A stretch of DNA of 64,000 nucleotides, from contig CM041465.1 of the NCBI GenBank assembly GCA_023213395.1, forward strand, positions 171,623,741 through 171,687,740. Direction: 5' to 3'. A model generated the notes under the pieces. It had not been told where the DNA came from. It worked only from the letters and a program-made list of their open reading frames with translations, and made no database searches. Source of the stretch: Cycas panzhihuaensis. Taxonomy: Eukaryota; Plantae; Cycadophyta. A program made the position numbers and the translations under genes. Shown piece after piece: positions 26,501 through 38,041 of the stretch; position 1 is the first letter of the stretch, and the number at the start of each line of letters is the position of its first letter.

Positions 26501-29500
26501 AGTAGCCTATGTGATCTTTGAACATAATGAATGGGGTCGTGGATGAGTTATTGGTGTTATAAGTTCCTAGAGCTTGGAGCCATTGTATGCTAAGAATTGC
26601 ATTTGACCCACTTATAGATAGGGTATAAAAATTAGAGAGAAAGGTATATGAGCCAATGTGGACTGTGAGGTTTTTTATTCTTCTTGCACAATGAAGGGTG
26701 CGATGACCAGGTAAGGATCAAGTAAAGCCTATTTTAGGTTCTATGTAAAGATTTAACTATCAAGAAATAGATATATTGATGAAATTTAGTGATGCACCAC
26801 CATTGATCAAAATGGTAATTAGGGTTTTTGAAAGTATTCCTTTAACTCAGAACGATTCAGGATATGCAGTAGAGGTAACAGTTGATAAGGAAACTTCAGG
26901 TTTAGGATTTTGGGGTAACTCATCAGTAGGGTGGTCTTGGGGTTCATCATCATATTCATGCTCAGTCTAAGGATCATCTTCCAAAGATAAGTCAAGGTCA
27001 ATTTTGAAGACCATCTTCCGAGCTTTGTAGATTCTACCATGACTAGAGGTCCATTTTTTAAAATATTATATACATAGACCAGTTTCCCAACGACGTTGTG
27101 CCTCTACTAGAGTGATGTGTATAGACCTCAAAGATGCTTCCTTAGTACACTGCTTGAAAGATGTAGATGGGATGTTATCTGGTTGTGGGTGCGATCATTG
27201 GTAGTAAGTTAGACGTGGTCTTTGGGACCAGGCAGTATCAACTTATTAAGATCATGAAAGCCAGGTGGAGTCTCATCTGAATAAAGGAGGCCTTTCTATG
27301 ACAAACTCTACTTCTACTACTTTAGCAATATTAATTGCATCTTTTAGAGTAGAGAGGGAGACTATCTTTAGGCGTATTTGGATACCTTCTTTAAGCCTAG
27401 ACACATATGTATCTATCTTTGTCTGTTTATCAAGTTGTTGATTAACCTGATTATATAAAGATTGGAACTCATTAGTGTATACTTTAATAGAGGATACTTT
27501 CTTCAACTATGTCAGTTGTGTGAAAAAAGATTGGTTCCAAGTGTCTTCATACTGCTCAAAAAAACAGGTAGAGAAGTATACCCAAGGATGGCTAGAAAGG
27601 TACTCCCGCTTCTACCATTGGAACCAATGGTGTGCCTTCCCATCTAAGTGGATGGAAACAAATGTAAGTTGTTCATTTACTAACATTAGGTTGAGTGTAA
27701 AGTAGGGCTCTAGTTTACTAATCCAACTTTGTGCACTATCCTTATTAAGATCTGGATCAAATATGGGTATGTTGATCTTATGATGAAATGGTTGCTGCTA
27801 ACGTGGAGGCAGAGATATGATTTGTTATTATATAGTGATGACTAGTGGTAGAGGAGATAATTTATTCAACCTTTGAAGTACCCATTAGACATCATCATAG
27901 GATGCTAGGTTTGATAGTTTTGAGGTAAATTCTGTTCATATAGTAGCTACTTCATTTTTAACCTCCTCGTGTATGTAGTCAAAATCTTCCTTGATTTTTT
28001 TTTGAATGTTGGTGACTGTTTTCCAGCTATTGGGAATGGACTCGGGACGCATCGACACAGGTTTGTGCAGGTATATGTTCTTACTTTTCTTACTTATGTT
28101 TGCTAAGGGAATTTAGAATAGTTTGATTGACATGTGCCTGCCTACATGCATGCGTTTGATTGCCTGTTCATAATGCATGTGCCTAACGGCACCTCTTAGC
28201 CTGTGACGACTCACAGCGGGGGCATTCCTCAGCGAATGCGACACCCCGTATGGCGTACAACCACTCACGATGTCTCCATGGTCCTTCGGGATGCTTTTGC
28301 CAGCTTGCTTATTCGTGTTACCACGTGCCACTTATGTTGCAAACCCTTCCTAAGCCTGGTTTAACCCTTAGTTAGGGCTCTTTGCACCATTTTGAGTACT
28401 TGCCCATTGCTTAGACTTGCTCCTAATTAATGTACTTCGTGTCTAGCTTTTTGACTTTACCTAAAATCTGATTTTTATGTTGTACTTTTTCCTGTTTTTT
28501 AAATTCGGGCTGGTACCGCCAAAACTAAGCGGTACCTGAAGTTTGCACTTGAAGTTTGCCGCGACGATCGCTTAAAATTTGAAAAAGAGAAACCACGCCG
28601 GTGGCCACATTTTTTCGCTGAATCGCCGTGGCTCAAGACGATCGAGGCGCCCCAAGGCCCCCAACGTTCACTTGCTATGCCCAAGGCATAAAATCCTTTT
28701 TTTCACCCATTTGCTTCATTATGCATTATGGATTATGGATCATTCTTCAACTCACTTTCCAAGATTTCTAGAGAACTTCTTCACTAAAAGACAAAAGAAA
28801 AGGAACAGTGACAAGGGTCTTCTTCACGTAGCTTGGACAGAGCAGTGCTTATTAGCCGGAGTTGCAGGGGCCATTGCCCCCTCACGAGCTCCATTACAAG
28901 CACCACTCCTCCTCACAAATATCCAAGGCTTCAAGGGGATTTCTTCACCAAAAGACCATTCTAAAGGACCCATCCTCAAGCTCTCAACTTGCATGGGACT
29001 ACACTCTTCTACCCTCTTGCAAAAGACATTCAACACCACTTCTTAGACATTGCTTGGGCTACTGCTCCAAGTAGCCAAGGTACATGCATGCATGCTCTCT
29101 CCCATTTAAGGTAGTTCTTGTCTTTCATTGGTGCTTTTTCTCTTGTTTCTTTGTGGTTTTACTTGCAAGCTCTTCTCCTTCTTTTGTGTGTGCTTTCCTT
29201 GGAATTTCATTTTCCATTTGATGCAAGTAGCCTTGGTAGTTGTGGCTTGCTATAGGGCTGCCTTAGATTGGGCTCATTTCTTTACATTTCCTTGAGACTC
29301 ATCCTTACCCCCTTAGCTTGCTCTTTCACCGTTTCTTAAGTTAGCCGGTACAAAGGGTCTTACACGAGGATTTGAGGGAGATAGGCGGGGTTTCGTCCCC
29401 CATTGCCGTCCTTCTCCCCAAGGGTTCCGTCCCTTGTCCTCTCTCCCTTTACTACCTGTGCTCTCTTGGGAAACGAAGTTAGGGAAACCTAAGGGAGTCG

Positions 29501-30592
29501 GTTTGAACTCTCTTCTTGGCATAGGTAACTTGTCACAACCTATCTCACCTTATTGCCTGCTAGTATTGCCTTCCCGAACCCCGTGGAGACCTCTCGTGGG
29601 TGAGTTAGCCATCCCGAGGCTACACTCAGTCCCTAATAGCATGTTTTATGGTGTATGATGGCTTGCATGCTTCTGCACGATTCCGCTTTCATTTTTGTTA
29701 CGTGATTAGCACTTAACTACGTTTTCTAGCTTAGTTGATTTTATTGCCATATATACATATATCTTGTTGTGCTTCGTAGCCTCTCCGCAGAGGAAGGCGT
29801 TCTTTGAGTTTGTTTGCGGGATCGCGTTGGAGGAAGCGTTGGCGAGATCGACCCGCTTGGGTCGGCCCCGCATGGTAATTCTTCTCCCTTTTCGTTTGAG
29901 CTTTGCTTTCGTTCCTTTCATTTCATTTAGTCCTTGCATGCCCTTGGGGAGGTAAGTGCACCCCCTTCGTTGTCTTCGATCGACGTTGCATGCGCGGGAG
30001 GAGGAAAGGAGCGCAACCGAGGAAGGGAATCCGCGCTTCCATTCGAACGCCGGATCCAGGTATTCATCGCATATCTTTCGTATTTTCCGTATGCTTTTAC
30101 GTTTCTTTGCATTTACTGTGATAGTTAAAGGAACATAAAGGAAAAAGGAAAATAACCATTTACTTTACATTTGCTTTCCCGTATTACTTTATTGCATTGC
30201 GTGACATAGTAGTAGAGGACCCATTTACATTATACCCCTTAGCCGCACCTTACTCTACACCCGTTACACGTTCGGTTGGTTACCCCCTCGTCGCCTTCTC
30301 ATTGCCTTGAGAAGCCGCGACGTGCAAGGCTCCTTTCCCCTTCCCGGCCATCCGAAGGGTAGGAAGGCCTTGTCTTGCACGGCTACCTGGAAGCAACCAG
30401 GCACCTTGCGATCCGTGCATCGGCCCGGCCAAGACGGACGTCCTGCGAGGTATGATCCTCGCTATTTAGCCTGCTTAGCATGTTGTTTTTATGCCCTTCC
30501 CGCTAGACGTTGGATCATTGCCCCGCGGAGAGCGTTTCAGTGACTTAGGTCTCAAGTGTCAAGATTTTGTCACTATTGCTTTAAGGAACCAT
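23524..30592 (-). pseudogene. gag-pol pseudogene, interrupted near the gag start by the solo LTR
   Basis: ORF-track fragments DCDPKFTNSFWQELF..AYHPQTDGQS (integrase), GGHSSFDKTY and Gag YVSRLKEGIQ. RT FFNDILIYS near 25780-25800. Many stops. Confidence 0.85.
28017..30539 (+). mobile_element. Young 2523-bp solo LTR, GC/CpG-rich
   Basis: TG...CA termini with a perfect TSD GTGAC (28012-28016 and 30540-30544). Removing it restores host Gag MVP*SNSDKILTLET*VT/NIQKKIKEDF. No PBS, PPT or coding domain. Orientation is inferred from composition. Confidence 0.85.
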
Positions 30593-30836
30593 GGATAAAG
30601 GACGCAAAGAGGTGGGAATAGGTAGAAAGAAGGGGGATAAATGAAGTAAGAAAGATCAAAAAAGAAGGAGACATAAGAATTGGGGAGTTATTAACGGGTA
30701 GAGAAGGGGGCAAATAGGGGGATTGTGGGGTGTTTATAGCCAGTTGACCCAAAAAATTTACATAAGTAAAAGATCAAGTTCTCTCAAACAAGTGTGAAAA
30801 GCTCATTTATATGGGGTAAATGAGGTGTGTGTGTGT

Positions 30837-30875
30837 GGGGGGGGGGGGGGGGGGGGTGGGTTGGTGGTGGTGGGG
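30837..30875 (+). repeat. G-run / potential G-quadruplex, antisense to the Gypsy 5' leader
   Basis: ~20 consecutive G followed by TGGGTTGGTGGTGGTGGGG. Confidence 0.7.
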
Positions 30876-31269
30876 CCCACCAATGACCAGGTACTGAAAA
30901 ACGTGAAAATTACTAGTATGTACTAACCTAGTACAAACTGACCAATACAATGTGCTTATCGAAATAAGGTATATAGTTATAAGGGTAAATTTTCTCACTA
31001 AACTAAGTAGAGTTTTTTTTCTTTTTTTGTCCTTTTTTTTTTTTTGCTTTCTTTTTCTCCTTCTCTCTCTCCCTCTCTCTCTCTCCTTTCCTATAGTGAG
31101 TTAGACTACATTAACAAGGTCTGAGTTTAGGCAAAAAAGGAAATTCTTATTCAAAATATGAGGTGACTTGTGGTCTGAACCTGGAAGTGGAATATGTATA
31201 CCAGAGTATCCTAACAACCACTAGACAAGGTGTGCTTAGTCTTATAGGCTTGTCAATAAATTATAGAAG

Positions 31270-31645
31270 TTTGGGATAGGTAGCTTCATGGCACTAACCA
31301 CTAACCACTACACTACAAGACTTTAGTGGTCAATAGTTGCCTATGCTAGGAAGGAATTGGGACCTAAATAAGTCCTCCTATATACTCGAAGGTATGTAGA
31401 GGCATACTTCTATAGCCAAGTTCTGTCTAGGGCTTAGTTCAGGAGTGTTATCTCCAACCCTTCACATAGAGGGCAAAAGAGCCATGATGTGCTTAGCCAA
31501 AATGATAAATCCTTGTGATATTTAAAGACCCCCGATATAGGATCTCTACTTAACTACTTGGGTAGCTGCCCAACTAAGTTATCTACTTGGGAAAGGTGGT
31601 GGGAGGGAGAAAGGGTAGTTTCCCAATGAAGTTATCTACCCTTGA
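31270..31645 (-). other. Conserved structured 5' leader module
   Basis: Reverse complement aligns with 46606-46950 and 7100-7480. Contains ATAG-GCAA-CTAT and C-TTCG hairpin loops. Confidence 0.7.
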
Positions 31646-33827
31646 GATATAATTCAATGCAAAAATTGAAATACATAAATAAAATTAAAGCTAGATGAAA
31701 AATAAAAGGATAAAGTGCTGGCATTACCTGGGGGAAAAAAATTCCCCTTTTTCTCCTAACTCTTGGACTATCCTGGTACTGCTCCTTAATCTCCATGGAG
31801 AGAGTACTAAGGAAAGGTCTTTCCTCGATCTCTACCAGGGTAGAGAGGGTACTTGATCCATCAAGAAAAAAAATTATAATTTCCCAAGTAGCTTCCCATG
31901 ATTACAACACAACTCTGATACCACTTGGGACATTTCTTCTTACAAGTGCTCCTTGAGATAGTAGAAAAATGATAATTACAACCGCTTTATTCTATCTAAT
32001 AGGGCAAACACATTAATAGATAACTTTACAAGAACACAAGAGTGCCAAATGATCACTAAAATAGAGAGTACCACATCATAATATTTATAAAAGGTTACAT
32101 AAAGATAACCATCATTTATAATTTATGACCTTTATATAGATAAAAGAGGGTCTTTTGCATGTAATCCTATTAGTGACCTAAGCAGCCTTACATTCTATTG
32201 GACAACATAGCAGTGTTACATACCATTGGATAGCTTATCAGCTCATGTATGAAGTTCCATAATTAATCTTATTTCTTAACCTGTTGATAGCTCTCTATAT
32301 AATAGTGTTTTACATAACTTAGTGAGATGCATTATGTAACACTGTGTCTATATAAAATAATAACCATATACTAAAATACATAGATAACTAGCATTTGTAA
32401 TTACTAGTTCTCTAGGTAATTATTTTAGATATATGGTTCATCAAGTTTTAAAATGTTTGTTATAAAAGGAACATAATCTCGCCTCGTGAGTATGAGTTAA
32501 AACAACATAATATACTATGTTGTATAAGAGTGGCTTGTGCAACGTTTATTTAATTATTGCAAATAAGATTCCTTTGTGTGCTTCTTCACTTGCATACTTC
32601 TGTAACTTTCTTTTAACAACTACTACTCACTCATCATCAAACAAGTATCCAATATATACTAACTCTAAGGATAACCTAAATTACTTGGCCAAGATAAGTT
32701 AAATGTAACAAGGTAATGCAATCAATATGTTTCCATGTCTTTTGTCATACATGGCTAGTCATATTTCTCACTTATAAATATTTTCTTCTATTAGTTAGAC
32801 AACTTTAATAACTAATTATTAGTTGGGTAATATTAACAACTAATTGTTATGCTAATTATATAATCATATGAAAATTTTCTCCTTGTCTTATAAATAGGTG
32901 GAATTCTCTTAATCAACTCCTTATCTCTCCATCAATAATCAAAGAGCCCCTTTATCAAATCAAGTGGTATTATCAATCATTAAACATGTATCCATCAATC
33001 ATCAAGCATTTAAAAAGTTGTATAAACTAGGTGATCTATTCATTTATTTAGTGTTGTATACTTACACTAAACCAAATTTATAAATTTTAAGGGGAATTTA
33101 CATGTTTAACATATTAATAAATTTTTATATTAATAACTCAATAAATATATTCCACTTTATATATATTTTAATCTGTCATGAGCCCTCAAATATCATAAAT
33201 GAGCCTTAAAATTTTCACTTTTAAATAAAACTTCCTTTTTCTTTCATCATCATAAAATATAATATCATCATCATGTTGAGAGTCTTTGAAAACATTAAAA
33301 TATCTTTTTTTTTTTCCTAAAAAAGTTTATAAAATACATCTTTTATGAGGTTTAAAGAACTTTATTCAAATTTATCTTTTAATATCTCTATCATTTGCTA
33401 TCTGAAATATGTTATACAACCACTTGTTTTGATAGTCTCAATGTCTTCTTTTCAATGTAACTAACAATGCTTGATTTTGCTATTTTAATGAAAAATTATG
33501 ATAAATAATGCATCACTATATCTCTAAATTCACATGATCCTTAAGAAAATTAATTTTAAAATAAATTTAATTTAATTTATAATTTTAAAATTTATAAAAA
33601 ATATTAAATTTGATTTATTTAGATTTAAAGTCTACCTCTTTCATGAATAAGTTCTTAGTCACATGACTCCTCTATGTGACCGCCTATTAACTCACTAAGG
33701 GTCTACAAACTTTAAAAAAAATTATCAAAATTAATTAAATCCAAAAATTAGGTTTTTATGCTTTAAAGAATTAGTGTAAAAAAATTGTCTACATTTATCG
33801 ATCTATATGAATGGTTGGTAGCATCAT

Positions 33828-34040
33828 CTCCATTAGATGGTTATGATCCAACTAATTGATTGTAATATCCATGGCCTTCTTGATCTTCTCCTTGTCCACT
33901 AGATCTAACTTTCTAGTGATCTTCTTGTCTCATGCAATGTTGTTCATGTTGTAGGCATAATTCTTAGGTAAATTCTTGGCATTGACCTTCTTCTTGACCT
34001 CTTCATCCTTAGGCTTATACCTCTCAATGTCTTGTATGGT
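33828..34040 (-). pseudogene. HSP70: Captured cytosolic HSP70 fragment (alpha-helical lid region)
   Basis: Manual translation IQDIERYKPKDEEVKKKVNAKNLPKNYAYNMNNIA*DKKITRKLDLVDKEKIKKAMDITIN*LDHNHLME matches the plant HSP70 pattern VQEAEKYK.EDEE.KKKV.AKN.LENYAYNMRNT..D.KI..KL...DK.KIE.A....I.WLD.NQL.E. Confidence 0.85.
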
Positions 34041-37000
34041 CTGGCTTTCTCTGCTTGTATTTTTCATATGAATTTCTAGCATGTTTCCTATAACTATTTT
34101 AGCAGATTCTTTGTTGGTGTGGGTGTGGACAACCCTTGTTGGACCATTATTTCTTCATCTTTATTTGGAATTTGATTTGTTCAATTATTTAAGAAATCCT
34201 TTAGATTCATTCATAGTAGGGTAATGGTATGTTTCATGTTTATTCTGCACTTCTCCTACATGGGTATTATATCAACCAAAAGGATCGTCACTTGTTGTAG
34301 AATAAAATCATAAGAGAAATAACTTATTTCTTTCTCTTCATGCATGATTCATATGGTATCCATGGTAGTTTGTATGTATTTCCATGGAGGTAACCTTTTT
34401 AATTGGTTGTTATTTTCGATTACTTTGGCTTTGACTTGTATTTGATGGAAGGTTGTTTTATATAGACATGAATAAATTTACTAGACAACACATAATTTAT
34501 GGGTGTAGATCTTAATAATATAATTATTATAAACTACATATTTTCCATGGCTATAGATTAGTTTCAATGGTTCAAGGATGGTTGATTAAACATAAATAAA
34601 AAACATAGCAGGGTTTGTAACTTCATACAAACATATCATACCATGAATAATAGATGGTGAATAAATCTCTTCAAATGCATGGGGTTGTTTATGCCCTCGT
34701 ATTTTTATTTTATATATCATAATAAAATCATACCATTTATTCAACTACTAAAGTATGCCCTTAAATAATAACACTCTCATAATATAACCATTCAAGTGTC
34801 AAAACTCTTGTAATTTACCCTCATATATGTAATTATCATTACTTGTCTTCATAATCAAATCAAATGCACACACCATCTAATCAATATGCTACATACCTTC
34901 TTACTTTACATTATCATACCACATACCTTTTTATTATTAAATATGCCACCAACCTAGTTTAATTTTTGTCACAAATACCTATTTTATACCTATTAATATG
35001 TTGCTCATCATACAAGACATGCCTGCTACCTATTTTCTATTTCACTGATGGGATACTAGCTTCATTATAGTATTGAATCTCTATTATGAGACCCTAAAAA
35101 ATGTCTCTATAATGGTTCAAATGTGATAATGAATCCTCAAATAGAACTCTTACAAGTGCCTTCACAAATGAATTGATAAATTATCTTGTCATTGCTAATT
35201 ATGAGATTAGGTGAGATGGTTGGTCTTACAAAATCTCAATCACCTTATAAGGGGCGAACCTATTTTGGTAAAGTAATTAATAATAGTTTCTTGTCTCTTC
35301 ACATCATTGGAAGACTTAATTTTATACCTTCATGTTCTTAAGAATATACATATAACATGCTAAAATAAATATCCATAATAATTAAATAACATTACCTATT
35401 AGTTTTTTATTTTATCTCATGGCTTCATCTCAGTATGTAGTTTTATTCATTTATTTCTTCAACTTCATCTAACCCTTGGATCATGGTCATATGTCACTAG
35501 CATTACTAACATATTTAGATTTTTGACTCAATAAATTCACATCTTATAACTAGCTCTGTCACTAGTATATACTAGTTGATATATACTTTTTTCCTACTAC
35601 AAAAGATCTTTTAATTCACTATGGCTTTGATAGGAGTGCAACCTATCTTCCTAGGATCTTTTAAATTAAGATGGCTCAGATACCATATTAAAATTTATAG
35701 TTCTAACTCTGATACCATATCAAAATTTAGAGTATAATGTAATGGAATATATCACATATATATAGTGGCTAAATTATCACATGAGAATATGCATACATAT
35801 AAAGAATAAACATGATTATAAAGTACTAAAATAGAAATATGTGTTAATAAGAATCACAAGTATTCATCTCAAGAGGGATAACAAATTTATACATGGAAAA
35901 CTCAATGTGGGAAAAACCATGGGAGAAAGTAGAGTTGGAGCTCCTCTTTACGATCAGAATGAATACATCTCTAGGTCATAAACCTTTCTCTCAAGTTCTC
36001 AAGTTGTGTGTATATATATTTATATCAATATTTACTTCACAAATAGCCTATAGCTTCTCTTGAGTTGTTATATCATCCAATAACATATTTATATAGATAT
36101 ATATGCATGTCACATAACTCAATGTATGTGATTAGTAGGATTACATATGTGTCCATCATTATAACATTAAACATTACATATGTGATAATATCATATATTC
36201 TAATAACCACACCAAGTCCAAGTTATAAATCTTTTCATTTCATCTTCCTTTCATACAACAATTGTAGGATTTTCATACAAACCTAGGATGATCTAAAACT
36301 ACATCAATTAAATCACTTCATTGGCAGATCATATAACATTGTTACATAAGCTTGCTCAAAACCAAACTATAAAAATTTATGTAGTAACTATGCACTACAT
36401 TGAGGGCCCACTTATTTGGCACACATCTACTAATACTTCTTCAAATGTTAGTCATAACTTAAACTAGGTTCTGTAACCTTCAAGAAACCCACAAGCATGA
36501 AATTAGGTTTCTCTTCTTCATTGAAACACCCACAAAACAAAAATACAATTATTGTGTTTATAATATACTACTATTCATAATTTTGTATTTCATCTTAATC
36601 CAGAATATATAATAAATGAAAACAAAAAAAATCTAATAATTAACATTACAGACAAAGAACAAGCATATGATTTTATATAAACATAAATAATATAACATCT
36701 AGTATTATCACCTTTTAAATATAAAATAATATAACTAGTACTATATAAGGTAAGAATATATATTTCCTTATATCTAAATGGTGATAAATCTAATGTCCTC
36801 TATGATTAGACAAACCTACAATATTCATCTTAGTGAGTTTAGACTTGTTCTTGCTCTAATACCATGTTAGAAATTTTGGTTTGATATCATATGAGATAAA
36901 TATTAGACATATAAGAGATGGATAAAATACAAAATATTGTATTCAAATAATCTAATGATTTAGCGATTATATTCAATATAAGAATGTACACATATATAGA

Positions 37001-37770
37001 GAGGTATACCTCTTAGAGGACCTGTGAGAATTAATGATAAGTACATGAAGATTTATGAGATTTAATCATACATATTAAGAATTCTTATATATTAAAAGTG
37101 TTCACCTATTCACTCACTCACGAGAATTATTTATGTGTATTTATATTTGAGTTTATGTATAATAATTTAGAGTACATTATAGTACATCACCAAATGATTA
37201 ATACATCACTAAGTGGTTGTAATGACCACTCATATAATCCATGTATTAAACATTATCTTCAATAAGTATGTAACTATGGAAGGAAATTACTTTGATAATG
37301 ACCTTTTATTAGATACTTATAAGTGCCATGTAAAATCATGCTTATACAAATTAAAAGGTACAAAATTTGATAACTTATTATCACACCATAAAATAATTTA
37401 AACATTTATGTAAACTTTTTTAAATTAATAATGGACTATATTAGGAACTTTTAACCTCATCCCCACCAACATATTACTCTTATTTATTGAAACCATTATA
37501 AACAATATAATAATTATGATATACTAGAAAATATATATCTTAATTAATTAAATAATATACTTTTTTATATATTTGCAAGTATTTTAGAAGATGAATTCAT
37601 GTTTGACACTATGTAGCATAACAAATAGAATTCTTTTTAAGTAAAAGACATAGAAGATAAATACTTAAGATAACTAAGTTCAAAGTTAGACAGTGGAAAA
37701 GAATTATTTAAGTCTTATGAGTTCCTCCTTATTTATCAAGTCCCCTAATGTTGTTTATCTATTCAAGAAC

Positions 37771-37835
37771 TATATATATATATATATATATACATATATA
37801 TATACATATATATATACATATACATATATATATAC

Positions 37836-37871
<36 letters not shown>

Positions 37872-37922
37872 ATATATATATATATGTATATATATATCTA
37901 TCTATCTATTTATCTATCTATA

Positions 37923-37954
<32 letters not shown>

Positions 37955-38041
37955 TACGTATGTACGTATGTATCTATATCTATATCTCTATCTATACATG
38001 TGTGTGTGTGTGTACGTATGTATATATATGTGTATGTATAT
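37771..38041. repeat. Compound (TA)n microsatellite, left half of a tract split by the Copia insertion
   Basis: Abuts the 5' LTR; similar sequence resumes at 55547. Confidence 0.9.

Larger units (their letters stand above)
23100..32341 (-). mobile_element. Full-length decayed chromovirus-type Ty3/Gypsy (LTRs 23100-23510 and 31926-32341)
   Basis: LTR pair, PBS complement 31912-31923, PPT complement 23511-23523, degenerate TSD TTGGG/CTGTG, and gag-PR-RT-RH-INT remnants. Confidence 0.9.
22183..36205 (-). mobile_element. Non-coding LARD-like LTR element, copy A (LTRs 22183-22687 and 35686-36205), interrupted by a Gypsy element
   Basis: LTR pair, TSD ATCAC/ACCAC, PBS complement 35674-35685, PPT complement 22688-22697. 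LTR and internal blocks are homologous to 56357-60424. Confidence 0.8.

Noticed and set aside
28214-28228. GCGGGGGCATT similarity to the plant SRP (7SL) RNA 5' domain
   Set aside because: Isolated short match; the rest of SRP RNA, including the helix 8 motif, is absent.
28113-30543. Short ORFs (60-155 aa) on both strands of the GC-rich insert
   Set aside because: No recognisable domains; expected by chance in a GC-rich LTR.
28031-30572. Alternative insertion boundaries defined by a CTAT/CTATTG duplication
   Set aside because: The GTGAC TSD with TG..CA termini (28017-30539) restores a Gag N-terminus that aligns better with the paralogue at 8185. The CTATTG match appears coincidental.
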